In this document: positions 27,663 to 37,145 of the stretch, piece after piece
Position numbering within the stretch: position 1 is the stretch's first letter
Layout: every line of letters starts with the position of its first letter
Source of the DNA: Candidatus Limnocylindria bacterium
GTDB lineage: Bacteria > Chloroflexota > Limnocylindria > QHBO01
Length of the DNA: 60,492 bases
NCBI GenBank assembly: GCA_035697845.1
Contig: DASSCI010000015.1
Coordinates: 1-60,492 of the forward strand
Reading direction: 5' to 3'
Position numbers and translations under genes: made by a program
The notes under the pieces: model-generated
Database searches by the model: none
Told to the model about the DNA's origin: nothing
Seen by the model: only the letters and a program-made list of their open reading frames with translations

Positions 27663-28280
27663 ATGACGATCGAGAAGCGACCGAACGCCACCGCCGACAA
27701 GAACGTCCCGACCCAGGCGCCCGAGCGCGCGCCGATCATTGCGCCCGGTGTGGGACCGAAGCTTCCCGGACCGCCCGGCGTGCCGGGCACCGAGCGCTTC
27801 CGCCTCCTGGCCTACGTCAAGCAGGAGTCGATGGTCCGCGTCGACAAGCGCCCCGACGAGACAGTCCTGACCTGGCCGCACCTGCTGCGCGCCGAGTTCC
27901 TCATGGCCATGCTCATCACCGCCCTGCTGGTGGTGACCAGCGTCTTCATCACCGCGCCGCTGGAGGAGATGGCCAATCCGTCCGTCACACCGCACGTGGC
28001 GAAGGCGCCGTGGTACTTCCTCGGCCTCCAGGAGCTGCTCAGCTACTTCAACCCGACCGTGGCCGGCGTGCTGATCATCCCGGTGTATCTCGGCGGCCTG
28101 CTCATCATCCCGTACGTCGACCGAACGCCCTACAAGGCCGTGCGTGACCGGAAGATGATCTGGATCTTCTTCCTGTGCATCATGGTCGGCGGCCTGATCG
28201 TGACCTTCATCGGCTCCTTCTTCCGCGGCCCGGGCTGGAACTGGGTCTGGCCGTGGGATGGGCTGTACTTCAACCTATGA
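27663..28280 (+). CDS. Cytochrome b C-terminal domain / subunit IV-like protein
   Basis: An SD sequence (AAGGTGAGG) lies upstream. KAPWYFLGLQELL corresponds to the PEWY Qo-site region. Three TM helices. Confidence 0.85.
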   Translation: MTIEKRPNATADKNVPTQAPERAPIIAPGVGPKLPGPPGVPGTERFRLLAYVKQESMVRVDKRPDETVLTWPHLLRAEFLMAMLITALLVVTSVFITAPLEEMANPSVTPHVAKAPWYFLGLQELLSYFNPTVAGVLIIPVYLGGLLIIPYVDRTPYKAVRDRKMIWIFFLCIMVGGLIVTFIGSFFRGPGWNWVWPWDGLYFNL

Positions 28281-28957
28281 CACAGCAGCACGCTTCCTAC
28301 GGCGCGGTGCACGGGCCGCCCACCGGCGAGATCACGCGACGCAGCTTCATGCGCCGCGTGCTGGGCGTGGGGGTCGGCCTCCTCTCCCTCGAGTTCCTGG
28401 GCGGCACGCTCGCCTTCCTGTGGCCGAACCTGACCGAGGGCCTCGGATCGCAGATCACGCTCGGCAGCGCCGACGACATCAACAACCAGGCGCCGGAGTG
28501 GCAGAACGGGCTTCCGTTCGTCTACAACCAGGCGAACCTGTTCTTCGTCAACGTTCCCGCCGCCAAGGCGCGCGTCGCCGAGAACTCGGGTGGCCAGGTG
28601 ACCTCCGACGTGAGCCTGCCGGTGCCGGATCCCGGTGCCGACGTCGATCCGGACATCGCGCCCGAGGATCGCTCGGTCATGGCGCTGTGGCGCAAGTGCC
28701 CGCACCTGGGTTGCCAGGTGCCGCAGCTGTGCGACAGGAGCGAGTGGTTCGAGTGCCTCTGCCACGGCTCGAAGTACACCGTCATCGGCGAGAAGCGCGA
28801 CGGTCCCGCTCCACGCGGCATGGACCGCTTCGAGGTGCTGGTCGAGAACGGCGTCTACATCGTCGATACGCGCCAGGTCATCAGCGGCCCGCCGCCGACG
28901 GTGATGACCTTCGACAAGCGGACCGCCAGCGACATCACCGAGCACTGCGTCGGCTAG
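28277..28957 (+). CDS. Rieske [2Fe-2S] subunit with a Tat-type signal anchor
   Basis: ATGA overlap with subunit IV. Twin-arginine TRRSFMRRVLGVGVG. Cluster boxes CPHLGC and CLCHGS. Confidence 0.9.
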   Translation: MTQQHASYGAVHGPPTGEITRRSFMRRVLGVGVGLLSLEFLGGTLAFLWPNLTEGLGSQITLGSADDINNQAPEWQNGLPFVYNQANLFFVNVPAAKARVAENSGGQVTSDVSLPVPDPGADVDPDIAPEDRSVMALWRKCPHLGCQVPQLCDRSEWFECLCHGSKYTVIGEKRDGPAPRGMDRFEVLVENGVYIVDTRQVISGPPPTVMTFDKRTASDITEHCVG

Positions 28958-28960
28958 GCG

Positions 28961-29752
28961 ATGCGACTCAAGACGCTCGGCGTCGTGCTGATCACGGCCC
29001 TCGCCGCCTTCACCATGCTCTACTGGGTGACCGATGACAGCCGTCGCGAATCGGTCGCGGTCGCGCAGGAGGACGAGCTGCTCGAGTTCGGCGAGGTGAT
29101 CTTCTCCGACAACCCGGCCGAGCCGGCCGCCGCGGGCTGCGCGCAGTGCCACGGCGCGGATGGGACCGGTGGCGAGCCCGGGGCGCAGGTGGTCGGGCCG
29201 AACCTCCACAGCCGCAGCATCTTCGACAAGCTCAAGGTGAACCCGAACTACGTGCACCTGGCCGTCAGCTACGGCGGCGTGGTCGTGTCCGGCAACGTCA
29301 ATTCGCCGATGCCGGCGTGGAGCGCGGAGGTCGGCGGGCCACTGAACGAGCAGCAGATCGAAGCGGTCGTGGCGCTCGTCGAGAGCTGGGCCGCGGAGGC
29401 CGGCGAGCAGCCGGTCGAGGACGTTGAGGACACGGTCGAGGCCGGTGCCGAGATCTACGCCACCGCGGGGTGCGTGACGTGCCACGCCGAGGACCTGTCC
29501 GGGACGACGGCCGGACCCGACATCACCGGCATCGGCTCGGGGCTGGTCGACCTCAGCGGCTTCGCCACCCCGACCGGCGCCGATCAGATGGAGACTGACT
29601 ACGACGCCGATCCGCGCGCCTTCCTGGAGCAGTGGATTCGTGACTCGGCTGGCAACTACGGCGCGTCGGGCATGCCGCCGCACCCGGAGAGCAGCCTGAG
29701 CGAGTCGGCGCTCCAGGCCCTGATCACCTTCCTGCTGGAGGGCGACCATTGA
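28961..29752 (+). CDS. Membrane-anchored dihaem cytochrome c
   Basis: An N-terminal TM helix and two CxxCH motifs (CAQCH, CVTCH). It starts 3 nt after the Rieske stop. Confidence 0.9.
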   Translation: MRLKTLGVVLITALAAFTMLYWVTDDSRRESVAVAQEDELLEFGEVIFSDNPAEPAAAGCAQCHGADGTGGEPGAQVVGPNLHSRSIFDKLKVNPNYVHLAVSYGGVVVSGNVNSPMPAWSAEVGGPLNEQQIEAVVALVESWAAEAGEQPVEDVEDTVEAGAEIYATAGCVTCHAEDLSGTTAGPDITGIGSGLVDLSGFATPTGADQMETDYDADPRAFLEQWIRDSAGNYGASGMPPHPESSLSESALQALITFLLEGDH

Positions 29753-30336
29753 GCACCACCACGTATCCGGTCTATCGGCGGCGCGGCGGGTTCACCCGCC
29801 TGCTCAGCTGGTCGGACGACTTCATGAGCTGGTTCCTGTTCGGCCACGAGACGTGGCTGGTCGCGGTGCTCAAGGCCGTGCCGCTGTTCCTGTTCATGTA
29901 CTTCGCGCTCTTCTACGTGTCGAACTACATCTACTACCTCGTCACGGTGGAGCTGCCGTTCCTGCGCTTCAGCGAGGACGTCGGCTTCCTCATCGCCAAC
30001 GGCGTCGGGATGGGAACGTTCACCGCCATCATCGTGCTGGCGCTGGTGGTCCAGGCCGCGCGTGGCCGGCGTGGCTTCGGCTGGGCAGCGGTACGCATCT
30101 TCGTCATGCTCAACTACCTGCTGACCGTGCTCGTCATCATCCCGATCATGGCGTTCAACCTCGCCGGCGGGTCCTTCTGGCCGCTCCGCATCACGCTCAC
30201 GTCGGTGGCCTTCGGCATGATCGCGGCAGGGATCGGCGCGGCGGCCTGCGTCTACCTCTACTTCGAGTTCCGTCGCATCACTCGGCGGGAGGCCGCGGAG
30301 GCCGCCGCGCGAAGCTCGGAGCTCGCCGCCCGCTGA
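29749..30336 (+). CDS. Polytopic membrane protein of unknown function, coupled to the cytochrome c gene
   Basis: Its TTG start overlaps the cytochrome c stop (TTGA). 195 aa with 4-5 hydrophobic helices. I recognise no motif. Confidence 0.6.
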   Translation: MSTTTYPVYRRRGGFTRLLSWSDDFMSWFLFGHETWLVAVLKAVPLFLFMYFALFYVSNYIYYLVTVELPFLRFSEDVGFLIANGVGMGTFTAIIVLALVVQAARGRRGFGWAAVRIFVMLNYLLTVLVIIPIMAFNLAGGSFWPLRITLTSVAFGMIAAGIGAAACVYLYFEFRRITRREAAEAAARSSELAAR

Positions 30337-30671
30337 CTCGCTCGCTCCTGGCGCACGTCGCCTGGTCTGCCCTCGTCCTGGCGGTCGCCGCCACCGTCAT
30401 CGCCTTCGAGCTCGCGGCGTCGTGCCCGGGTGGCGGACCGCTCGCCTTCGGCGACTGCGTGGCGGTGCGGCCGTTCGTCATCGGCGTGGTGGCGGTTGCC
30501 GCGGTCCTGTACGTCATCGGGCTGTCCGCCGTCCGCTGGTGGACCGTTGGCCTGTTCGAGCGCGGCGTGGCCGACGAACGCGCGGCCCGCGACTGGTATC
30601 TGCTGGCGGCTTCGCTGGGCATGCTGATTGCTCCCCTCCTCGCATTCACCCTCGTGTCGGGCCTTCGCTAG
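30333..30671 (+). CDS. Possible small membrane protein (start ambiguous: CTG 30333 or GTG 30459)
   Basis: The open frame continues after the previous stop (CTGA overlap). It encodes hydrophobic helices (WSALVLAVAATVIAF, FVIGVVAVAAVLYVIGL, LLAASLGMLIAPLLAF). There is no ATG start, so this is low confidence. Confidence 0.35.
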   Translation: MTRSLLAHVAWSALVLAVAATVIAFELAASCPGGGPLAFGDCVAVRPFVIGVVAVAAVLYVIGLSAVRWWTVGLFERGVADERAARDWYLLAASLGMLIAPLLAFTLVSGLR

Positions 30672-30681
30672 CATTGGGGCC

Positions 30682-32130
30682 ATGAGCATCGCCACCCCGA
30701 CCGACCTGCGCGACCGTCTCGACCGCGTCGCGACCATCACCGAGGCTGGCCTCGACGTCCACGACGAGGCCGCGCTGCGCGGCGAGCTGATGGACGAGCT
30801 CGTCTTCGAGGCGGTCTTCAACGCCGATGCGGGAACGCGTGACGCCGCTCGCTGGGTGATCTGGAGCGCATCTCAGGCGCTCGGCTGCGGCTCCGCGTCG
30901 ATCCACGACCTGTATCGCGCCCGGGGCCGCGGCGAATTCGACGTGACGAAGTTCACCGTCCCCGCCATCAACGTGCGGGCCTCGACGTACCTCACCGCGC
31001 GGCAGGCGTTCGCGGCGGCCATGGCGCGCGACGCCGGCACGGTCATCTTCGAGATCGCCAAGAGCGAGATGGCATACACCGACCAGCGTCCGGCCGAGTA
31101 CACGGCGGTCATCCTGGGCGCTGCGCTGCGCGAGGGGTGGCGGACGCCGGTGTTCCTGCAGGGCGACCACTTCCAGTTCAACGCCACGAAGTGGGCATCG
31201 AATCCCGGGGACGAGCTCGAGGGCCTGCGCGACCTGACGCGTGAGGCGGTCGCGGCCGGGTTCCTGAACATCGATATCGACTCCTCGACGCTGGTGGACC
31301 TTTCCTTGCCGACGGTGGCCGAGCAGCAGCAGGTGAACGCCGACAACACCGCGGCGCTCACCCGTCTGATCCGCTCGCTCCAGCCGGCCGGCGTGACGAT
31401 CAGCGTCGGCGGCGAGATCGGCGAGGTTGGCAAGGAGAACTCCACCGAGGAGGAGCTGCGGGCGTACCTGGACGCCTACCTGGTGCTGTGCGGCACGGCG
31501 GAGCCGATCAGCAAGGTCAGCGTCCAGACCGGCACGAGCCACGGCGGCGTGCCGCTGGCGGATGGGTCGATGGCCGAGGTGAACATCGACTTCGACACCT
31601 TGCGCCGCCTCTCGACGGTCGCGCGCGAGTCGTACGGGATGGCCGGCTGCGTGCAGCACGGCGCATCCACCCTCCCGGACGACGCGTTCGACAACTTCCC
31701 GACCAACGGCACGGCCGAGATCCACCTGGCGACCGGCTTCCAGAACATCCTGTACGACGGCGGCGGCCTGCCCGATGACCTGCGCCAAGAAATGATGGAC
31801 TGGTGCCGAACCAACCTTGCCGACGAGCGCAAGGACGGCGAGACCGACGAGCAGTTCCTGTACAAGACGCGCAAGAAGGCACTCGGCCCCTACAAGCGGC
31901 ACCTATGGACGCTTCCGGCCGATGCGGCCGAGGCGATCGCCGCCAACCTGCGCGCCAAGTTCGACCTGCTGTTCGACGAGCTCGGGATCTCTGGCACCCG
32001 CGAGCTGGTCGAGCGATACGTCACCCCGGTCGCGGTACCGAGGCCGCTGCCCGAGGCGCTTGGCGGTCGATCGGCGGCGGCCGTCCGCGCCGGGGCATCG
32101 GTCTTCGAGGACGACGGGTCCGGCGAGTAG
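30682..32130 (+). CDS. Class II fructose-/ketose-bisphosphate aldolase family protein (long form)
   Basis: ATG 30682 gives MSIATPTDL.... Motifs PAINV..., FLQGDHF, NIDIDSS and VQHGAS are consistent with the class II aldolase TIM barrel. Confidence 0.75.
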   Translation: MSIATPTDLRDRLDRVATITEAGLDVHDEAALRGELMDELVFEAVFNADAGTRDAARWVIWSASQALGCGSASIHDLYRARGRGEFDVTKFTVPAINVRASTYLTARQAFAAAMARDAGTVIFEIAKSEMAYTDQRPAEYTAVILGAALREGWRTPVFLQGDHFQFNATKWASNPGDELEGLRDLTREAVAAGFLNIDIDSSTLVDLSLPTVAEQQQVNADNTAALTRLIRSLQPAGVTISVGGEIGEVGKENSTEEELRAYLDAYLVLCGTAEPISKVSVQTGTSHGGVPLADGSMAEVNIDFDTLRRLSTVARESYGMAGCVQHGASTLPDDAFDNFPTNGTAEIHLATGFQNILYDGGGLPDDLRQEMMDWCRTNLADERKDGETDEQFLYKTRKKALGPYKRHLWTLPADAAEAIAANLRAKFDLLFDELGISGTRELVERYVTPVAVPRPLPEALGGRSAAAVRAGASVFEDDGSGE

Positions 32131-32139
32131 GCCTGGCTC

Positions 32140-32871
32140 CTAGCGGATGCCGATGAGCCGCTGAAGCACCGGCTGATCGGCCAGCGCGATGAGCCGGCGC
32201 GCCGCAGCGGGCGGCAGCTTCGCGAGCGACTCGAGCGCGCGAACCATGTCGTCCGGGCCCAGATCGCCGACGAGCGCCCAGAGGCGGTCGACCGTGTCGG
32301 GGTCGAGCCGATCCAGCGCCGCGAACACGCCCTCGATGGCGCGCGGGTCGCCGCGCACGAAGGTCGCCACGCCGCGGTCGAAGCGCCGCACGAAGTCCAG
32401 CAGCCCCTCGAAGCGGTCTCCGAGCCGCGCGAGCTCCGGGTCGCCACCCGCCGCCACCGCCGCGCGCGCCTGCTCGACGCACGAGGCGATGACCGGGAGC
32501 ACCGGATCCGTCTCGCGCTCCTTTCGCGCCGATGCGACGCGGCGGAACCACTCCCAGTGGTCGTCGACCACGCTCCAGGCGACCGCCGCGGGGCCGCGCT
32601 GCCCGGAGCGGCGAGGACCCTCGGCGCGCTCGATCAGGCCCCATTCCTCGCATTGCGCCAGCGCCATGCTCGCCGCGCGGTGGCTCATGCCGAGTGCGCG
32701 GCGCACCTCGGGCTCCGTGAGCGGCCCCTCCGAGACGAGGAGGTAGCCCTGGACCGTGGCGGTCGACGGGGCCACACCCCAGGCTGCCCCGATGGCCCCC
32801 CAGGCGACGGCGAAGGATCGGCGCAGCTCCTCCGCCGGACTGGCGGACGCGCCTGGAAACGTGCTACTCAC
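32140..32871 (-). CDS. Winged-helix transcriptional regulator, MarR/GbsR-like
   Basis: VQGYLLVSEGPLTEPEVRRALGMSHRAASMALAQCEEWGLIER is a MarR/GbsR-type wHTH, followed by a C-terminal helical domain. Confidence 0.65.
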   Translation of the reverse strand: MSSTFPGASASPAEELRRSFAVAWGAIGAAWGVAPSTATVQGYLLVSEGPLTEPEVRRALGMSHRAASMALAQCEEWGLIERAEGPRRSGQRGPAAVAWSVVDDHWEWFRRVASARKERETDPVLPVIASCVEQARAAVAAGGDPELARLGDRFEGLLDFVRRFDRGVATFVRGDPRAIEGVFAALDRLDPDTVDRLWALVGDLGPDDMVRALESLAKLPPAAARRLIALADQPVLQRLIGIR

Positions 32872-32907
32872 GCAAGCATGTTACCCGCACGCCGCGGACA
32901 CGAAGAA

Positions 32908-32928
32908 GCCCCGGCGCGTGGCCGGGGC
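32908..32928 (-). terminator. Intrinsic-terminator-like hairpin downstream of erpA
   Basis: GCCCCGGC-gcgtg-GCCGGGGC is a perfect 8-bp GC stem. On the minus strand it is followed by TTCTTCGTGT. It begins 22 nt after the erpA stop. Confidence 0.6.
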
Positions 32929-32949
32929 TTCGATCGGGGAGGCGCGAGG

Positions 32950-33375
32950 TCAGTGGGCGCAGCCGCCCGCCTTGGACGGAGAGCCATCGGTGTTGAACGA
33001 CGAGCCGCAGGCGCAGCTGCTGACCGCGTTCGGGTTGTTGATCGCGAAGCCGGAGCCCATGAGCGAGTCGACGTAGTCGATCTCGGCGCCGTCGACGTAC
33101 TGCTGGCTGAACTGGTCGATCACGACCGGCACGCCGGCATGGTCTTCGAGCTTGTCGCCATCGTTGATCTTGTCGTCGAAGGCGAGGCCATAGCTGAAGC
33201 CGCTGCAGCCGCCGCTCTTCACGAAGAGGCGGAGGTTCGCGTCGGCCTTGCCCTCGCGGGATCGCAGCTCGAGCACCTTCTTCGCGGCGGCTTCGGTGAC
33301 CGACACGAGCAGCCCGCCAGTCGGCGCACCGCCGATCATCGAGATTGGCTCGCGAGGAGTCTCGGACATCGTCAT
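32950..33375 (-). CDS. erpA: Iron-sulfur cluster insertion protein ErpA/IscA (HesB family) with a short Cys-containing C-terminal tail
   Basis: LRLFVKSGGCSGFSYGLAFD...NPNAVSSCACGSSF is the HesB signature. An extra tail NTDGSPSKAGGCAH follows. Confidence 0.85.
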   Translation of the reverse strand: MTMSETPREPISMIGGAPTGGLLVSVTEAAAKKVLELRSREGKADANLRLFVKSGGCSGFSYGLAFDDKINDGDKLEDHAGVPVVIDQFSQQYVDGAEIDYVDSLMGSGFAINNPNAVSSCACGSSFNTDGSPSKAGGCAH

Positions 33376-33542
33376 TGCGTATCGGTCTCCTGATTGAGGC
33401 GCACGTGCGCATCGGGTGCTGGGTTTCGCTCTGGAAAGTATAGCAAGCGCGCTGCCCGATGCGGCAAGGGAACGTTTGGCGGCGGCATCGGTACACTAGG
33501 AGCCCCGAGCGTGGCGATCCATCCGCACGAGGCACCCTGACT

Positions 33543-34751
33543 GTGAAACTGGCCAGCCGCATGGAGCGGATCGGCACCGAGACCGCCTTCGAGGCAGCAG
33601 CGCGCGCCCGCGCACTCGAGGCAACCGGCCGCGACGTCATCCATCTCGAGATCGGTGAGCCGGATTTCGACACCCCGCGCAACGTGTCCGAGGCGGCGTC
33701 GCACGCGCTGCTCGAGGAGAGTGCGACGCACTACACCGCGGCGACCGGCATCCTTCCGCTGCGTGAGGCGATCGTGGCAGACGTCGCGCGCTGGAAGGGG
33801 ATCGCCACCACGCCCGAGCAGGTCGTGGTCACCCCGGGTGCCAAGCCGATCATGTTCTACGCCATGCTCGCGCTGATCGACGACGGCGACGAGGTCATCT
33901 ACCCCAATCCGGGCTTTCCGATCTACGAGTCGATGGCCCGCTATGTCGGCGGCACCGCCGTCGCCGCCCCGCTGCGGGAGGAGAATGACTTCCGCCTCGA
34001 CCTGGACGAGGTCGCCAGCCTGATCACGCCGCGCACGAAGATGCTCGTCTTCAACACGCCGCACAACCCGACCGGATCGGTCCTGACCGACGCCGACATC
34101 CGGCGGCTGGCGGAGCTCGCGATCGAGCACGACCTGGTCGTCCTGGCCGATGAGATCTACGGCCGCCTCCAGTACGAGGGCGAGCTGCTGTCGATCGCGA
34201 CCCTGCCGGGCATGGCGGATCGCACGATCACGCTCGACGGCTTCAGCAAGACCTTCGCGATGACGGGCTGGCGCCTCGGCTACGGCGTCCTGCCGGAGTG
34301 GCTGGCGCCCTCGTTCAGCCGCCTGATCATCAACAGCGTGTCCTGCACGAACGCGTTCGCGCAGGCCGGTGCGATCGAGGCGCTGAACGGGCCGCAGGAT
34401 GCGGCCAACGAGATGCGCGAGGAGTTCATCGCGCGCCGCCAGATCATGGTCGACGGGCTGAACGCCATCCCCGGCGTGACGTGCGTCCTGCCCCACGGCG
34501 CGTTCTACACCTTCCCCAACGTGTCGAGCTTCGGCAGATCGAGCGCCGAGATCGCCGACCATCTGCTCTACGACGCCGGCGTGTGCGGGCTGGCGGGCAC
34601 GGCCTTCGGCAAGCACGGCGAGGGCTACCTGCGCTTCAGCTACGCGAACTCGCGCGAGAACCTGATGGCGGCGCTCGAGCGCATCGGCGAGTCGCTGGGC
34701 AAGCTCGAGCGGACCGGCGAGCTCGCGACCGCTGGCGCCGTCAGCCGATGA
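33543..34751 (+). CDS. Class I/II PLP-dependent aminotransferase (aspartate aminotransferase-like)
   Basis: GTG 33543 gives VKLASRMERIGTETAFEAAARARALEATGRDVIHLEIGEPDFDTP.... The SKTFAMTGWRLGY motif carries the PLP lysine. Confidence 0.85.
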   Translation: MKLASRMERIGTETAFEAAARARALEATGRDVIHLEIGEPDFDTPRNVSEAASHALLEESATHYTAATGILPLREAIVADVARWKGIATTPEQVVVTPGAKPIMFYAMLALIDDGDEVIYPNPGFPIYESMARYVGGTAVAAPLREENDFRLDLDEVASLITPRTKMLVFNTPHNPTGSVLTDADIRRLAELAIEHDLVVLADEIYGRLQYEGELLSIATLPGMADRTITLDGFSKTFAMTGWRLGYGVLPEWLAPSFSRLIINSVSCTNAFAQAGAIEALNGPQDAANEMREEFIARRQIMVDGLNAIPGVTCVLPHGAFYTFPNVSSFGRSSAEIADHLLYDAGVCGLAGTAFGKHGEGYLRFSYANSRENLMAALERIGESLGKLERTGELATAGAVSR

Positions 34752-37129
34752 CGGCCACGCGCCCCTCGGTCCAGGGCGTCGAGGAGCTCTACGCGCGGGC
34801 ATCCGGCTCGTTCGACGACTGGGAGCTCGTCAAGGACGTCATCGACGAGGCGATCGACCTCACCCTGAACTACCGCCAGTCCGGACACCCCGGCGGCTCG
34901 CGCTCCAAGGTCCACCTCTTCCTGTCGCTGCTGCTGTCGGGCGCCATGCGCTGGGACATCCGCCGACCGTGGCTGCCGTTCGGCGACCGCTTCGTGCTGT
35001 CGGCCGGGCACACCGTGCCGCTCGTGTACACCACGCTGGCGGTCCTCAACGAGACGCTGCGCGCCCGTGCCGAGCGTGACGGTGACGCGCGCTTCGCCTT
35101 CCCCGATGACGGCCGCTGGGCGCTGACCTGGGAGGACCTCCTCAAGCTCCGTCGTCGGGGCGGGCTGCCGGGCCACGCCGAGATGGAGGGCAAGACCCTC
35201 TTCCTCAAGTTCAACACCGGGCCCTCCGGGCATGGCATGCCGCCCGCGGCGGGTGAGGCGGTGGCGCTCAAGCTGGCCGGCGCCGAGGAGGTCAAGGTCT
35301 TCGCCGTCGAGGGCGAGGGCGGCCTGACGCCGGGCGCCAGCCACGAGACGCGTAACACGGCCTGGGGCCTGGGCCTGTCGAACCTCGTCTTCCTGATCGA
35401 CTGGAACGACTACGGCATCGACGACGTGGCCATCCACGAGGTGGTGCACGGCACCCCGGCCGAGTGGTTCGAGCCGTATGGCTGGCGCATCACCGGCACC
35501 GAGGACGGCTCGGAGTGGGACGCCGTCACCCGCGCGGTCCTCGAGGCGGCCCGGGGCGACAACCCGGAGCGGGTGCCGTCGATGGCGTGGTTCAAGACGC
35601 GCAAGGGGCGCGGCTACGGCAAGTACGACAACGCCAGCCACGGCTCGCCGCACGCGATGAACTCCGAGCCGTTCTGGGCGGTGCGCCGGCAGTTCATGGC
35701 GCGCCACGGCGTGGAATACCTGGGCGTCGACCAGTTACCGCCAACCGACCCCGACGAGCTCCAGGCGCAGGCGCGCGCGAACTTCGAGGTCGCCATGGGT
35801 GTGCTTCGCGCCAACACGACGGTCGTCGACGCCATCAGCGACCGGCTGGTGGAGCTGGGCGAGTCCGTCCCGACGCGGGTGGAGGGCTTCCACCTGGGAG
35901 GACGCGGCACCGAGATCTTCGACGACCCGCGCTTCACCGACGCCAGTGCCTACCCCGAGTCGATGTGGAAGAAGCCCGGCGAGAAGGCGCCGAACCGCGC
36001 CGCCCTGGCGACGTGGGGGTCATGGGTCAACGCCACCGCGCGCGCCACGTACGACCGTCCGCTGGTCATCGCCTGCTCCGCCGACCTGGCCGAGTCGACG
36101 AACATCGCCGGCTTCGCCAAGGACTTCGGGGACCTGCCCGGCTGGGGCTGGTACAACCGCGACACGAACCCACGCGGCGCGCTGCTGCCGCAGCAGATCA
36201 CCGAGTTCACCAATGCCGGCGTCAGCGTCGGCATCGCGACCGTCAACCTCGCCGACGATCCGTTCAACGAGTTCAACGGCTTCTGGACGGCGTGCTCGAC
36301 GTATGGGTCGTTCAGCTACCTCAAGTACGGGCCGATGCGCCTGTTCAGCCAGCTGGCGCAGGACACCGAGCTCAAGGTCGGCAAGGTGATCTGGGTCGCC
36401 GGCCATTCCGGTCCTGAGACGGCGGAGGATTCGCGGACGCACTTCGGCATCTTCGCCACCGGCGTGACCCAGCTCTTCCCGGAGGGCCACGTCATCGACC
36501 TGCACCCGTGGGAGCACAACGAGGTCCCAGTGCTGCTTGCGGCCGCGCTGGCCACAGACGTGCCCATCGTGGCGCTGCACCTCACCCGCCCGGCGGTCGA
36601 GATTCCCGATCGCCAGGCGTTGGGCATGGACTCCCACTTCGCGGCAGCGCGCGGCGCCTATGTGCTGCGCCAGCCGTCGCCAGACCGGCCGTCAGCCGGC
36701 ACCGTGTACGTGCAGGGCACGATGTCGACGGCCAACCTCGTCAAGATCCTGCCGGAGCTCGATCGGCGCGGCCTCAACGTCCGCGTCGTCGCCGCCATCA
36801 GCCCGCAGCTGTTCCGGATGCAGGACGCCGCGTATCGCGACGAGATCTGCTCACCCGCGGACCGATGGGACGGCATGGCGATCACCAATCGCGCCTACAA
36901 GCTGATGCGCGACTGGGTGGATGGACCGATCGCCGAGGAGTACTCGCTCAGCTCCGATTGGGACGATCGCTGGCGGACCGGCGGGACGGTGGACGAGGTC
37001 CTGGACGAAGCGCATCTCGGGCCGGAGCACATGGTCGCCGCCATCGAGCGCTACGTCGCCGATCGGCCGGAGCGCCTGCGTCGCCTGCGCGAGCTGGTCG
37101 ACTCCGTGGAGCGCGGCCACGACGCATGA
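34748..37129 (+). CDS. Transketolase-family thiamine-diphosphate enzyme (long, atypical N-terminus)
   Basis: ATGA overlap with the aminotransferase. The GHPGGS and GPSGHG...EGEGGLTPGASHE regions resemble the TPP-binding motif. The C-terminal half resembles the Pyr/TK-C domains. Confidence 0.7.
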   Translation: MTATRPSVQGVEELYARASGSFDDWELVKDVIDEAIDLTLNYRQSGHPGGSRSKVHLFLSLLLSGAMRWDIRRPWLPFGDRFVLSAGHTVPLVYTTLAVLNETLRARAERDGDARFAFPDDGRWALTWEDLLKLRRRGGLPGHAEMEGKTLFLKFNTGPSGHGMPPAAGEAVALKLAGAEEVKVFAVEGEGGLTPGASHETRNTAWGLGLSNLVFLIDWNDYGIDDVAIHEVVHGTPAEWFEPYGWRITGTEDGSEWDAVTRAVLEAARGDNPERVPSMAWFKTRKGRGYGKYDNASHGSPHAMNSEPFWAVRRQFMARHGVEYLGVDQLPPTDPDELQAQARANFEVAMGVLRANTTVVDAISDRLVELGESVPTRVEGFHLGGRGTEIFDDPRFTDASAYPESMWKKPGEKAPNRAALATWGSWVNATARATYDRPLVIACSADLAESTNIAGFAKDFGDLPGWGWYNRDTNPRGALLPQQITEFTNAGVSVGIATVNLADDPFNEFNGFWTACSTYGSFSYLKYGPMRLFSQLAQDTELKVGKVIWVAGHSGPETAEDSRTHFGIFATGVTQLFPEGHVIDLHPWEHNEVPVLLAAALATDVPIVALHLTRPAVEIPDRQALGMDSHFAAARGAYVLRQPSPDRPSAGTVYVQGTMSTANLVKILPELDRRGLNVRVVAAISPQLFRMQDAAYRDEICSPADRWDGMAITNRAYKLMRDWVDGPIAEEYSLSSDWDDRWRTGGTVDEVLDEAHLGPEHMVAAIERYVADRPERLRRLRELVDSVERGHDA

Positions 37130-37145
37130 GCGACGTCCCGCACCG

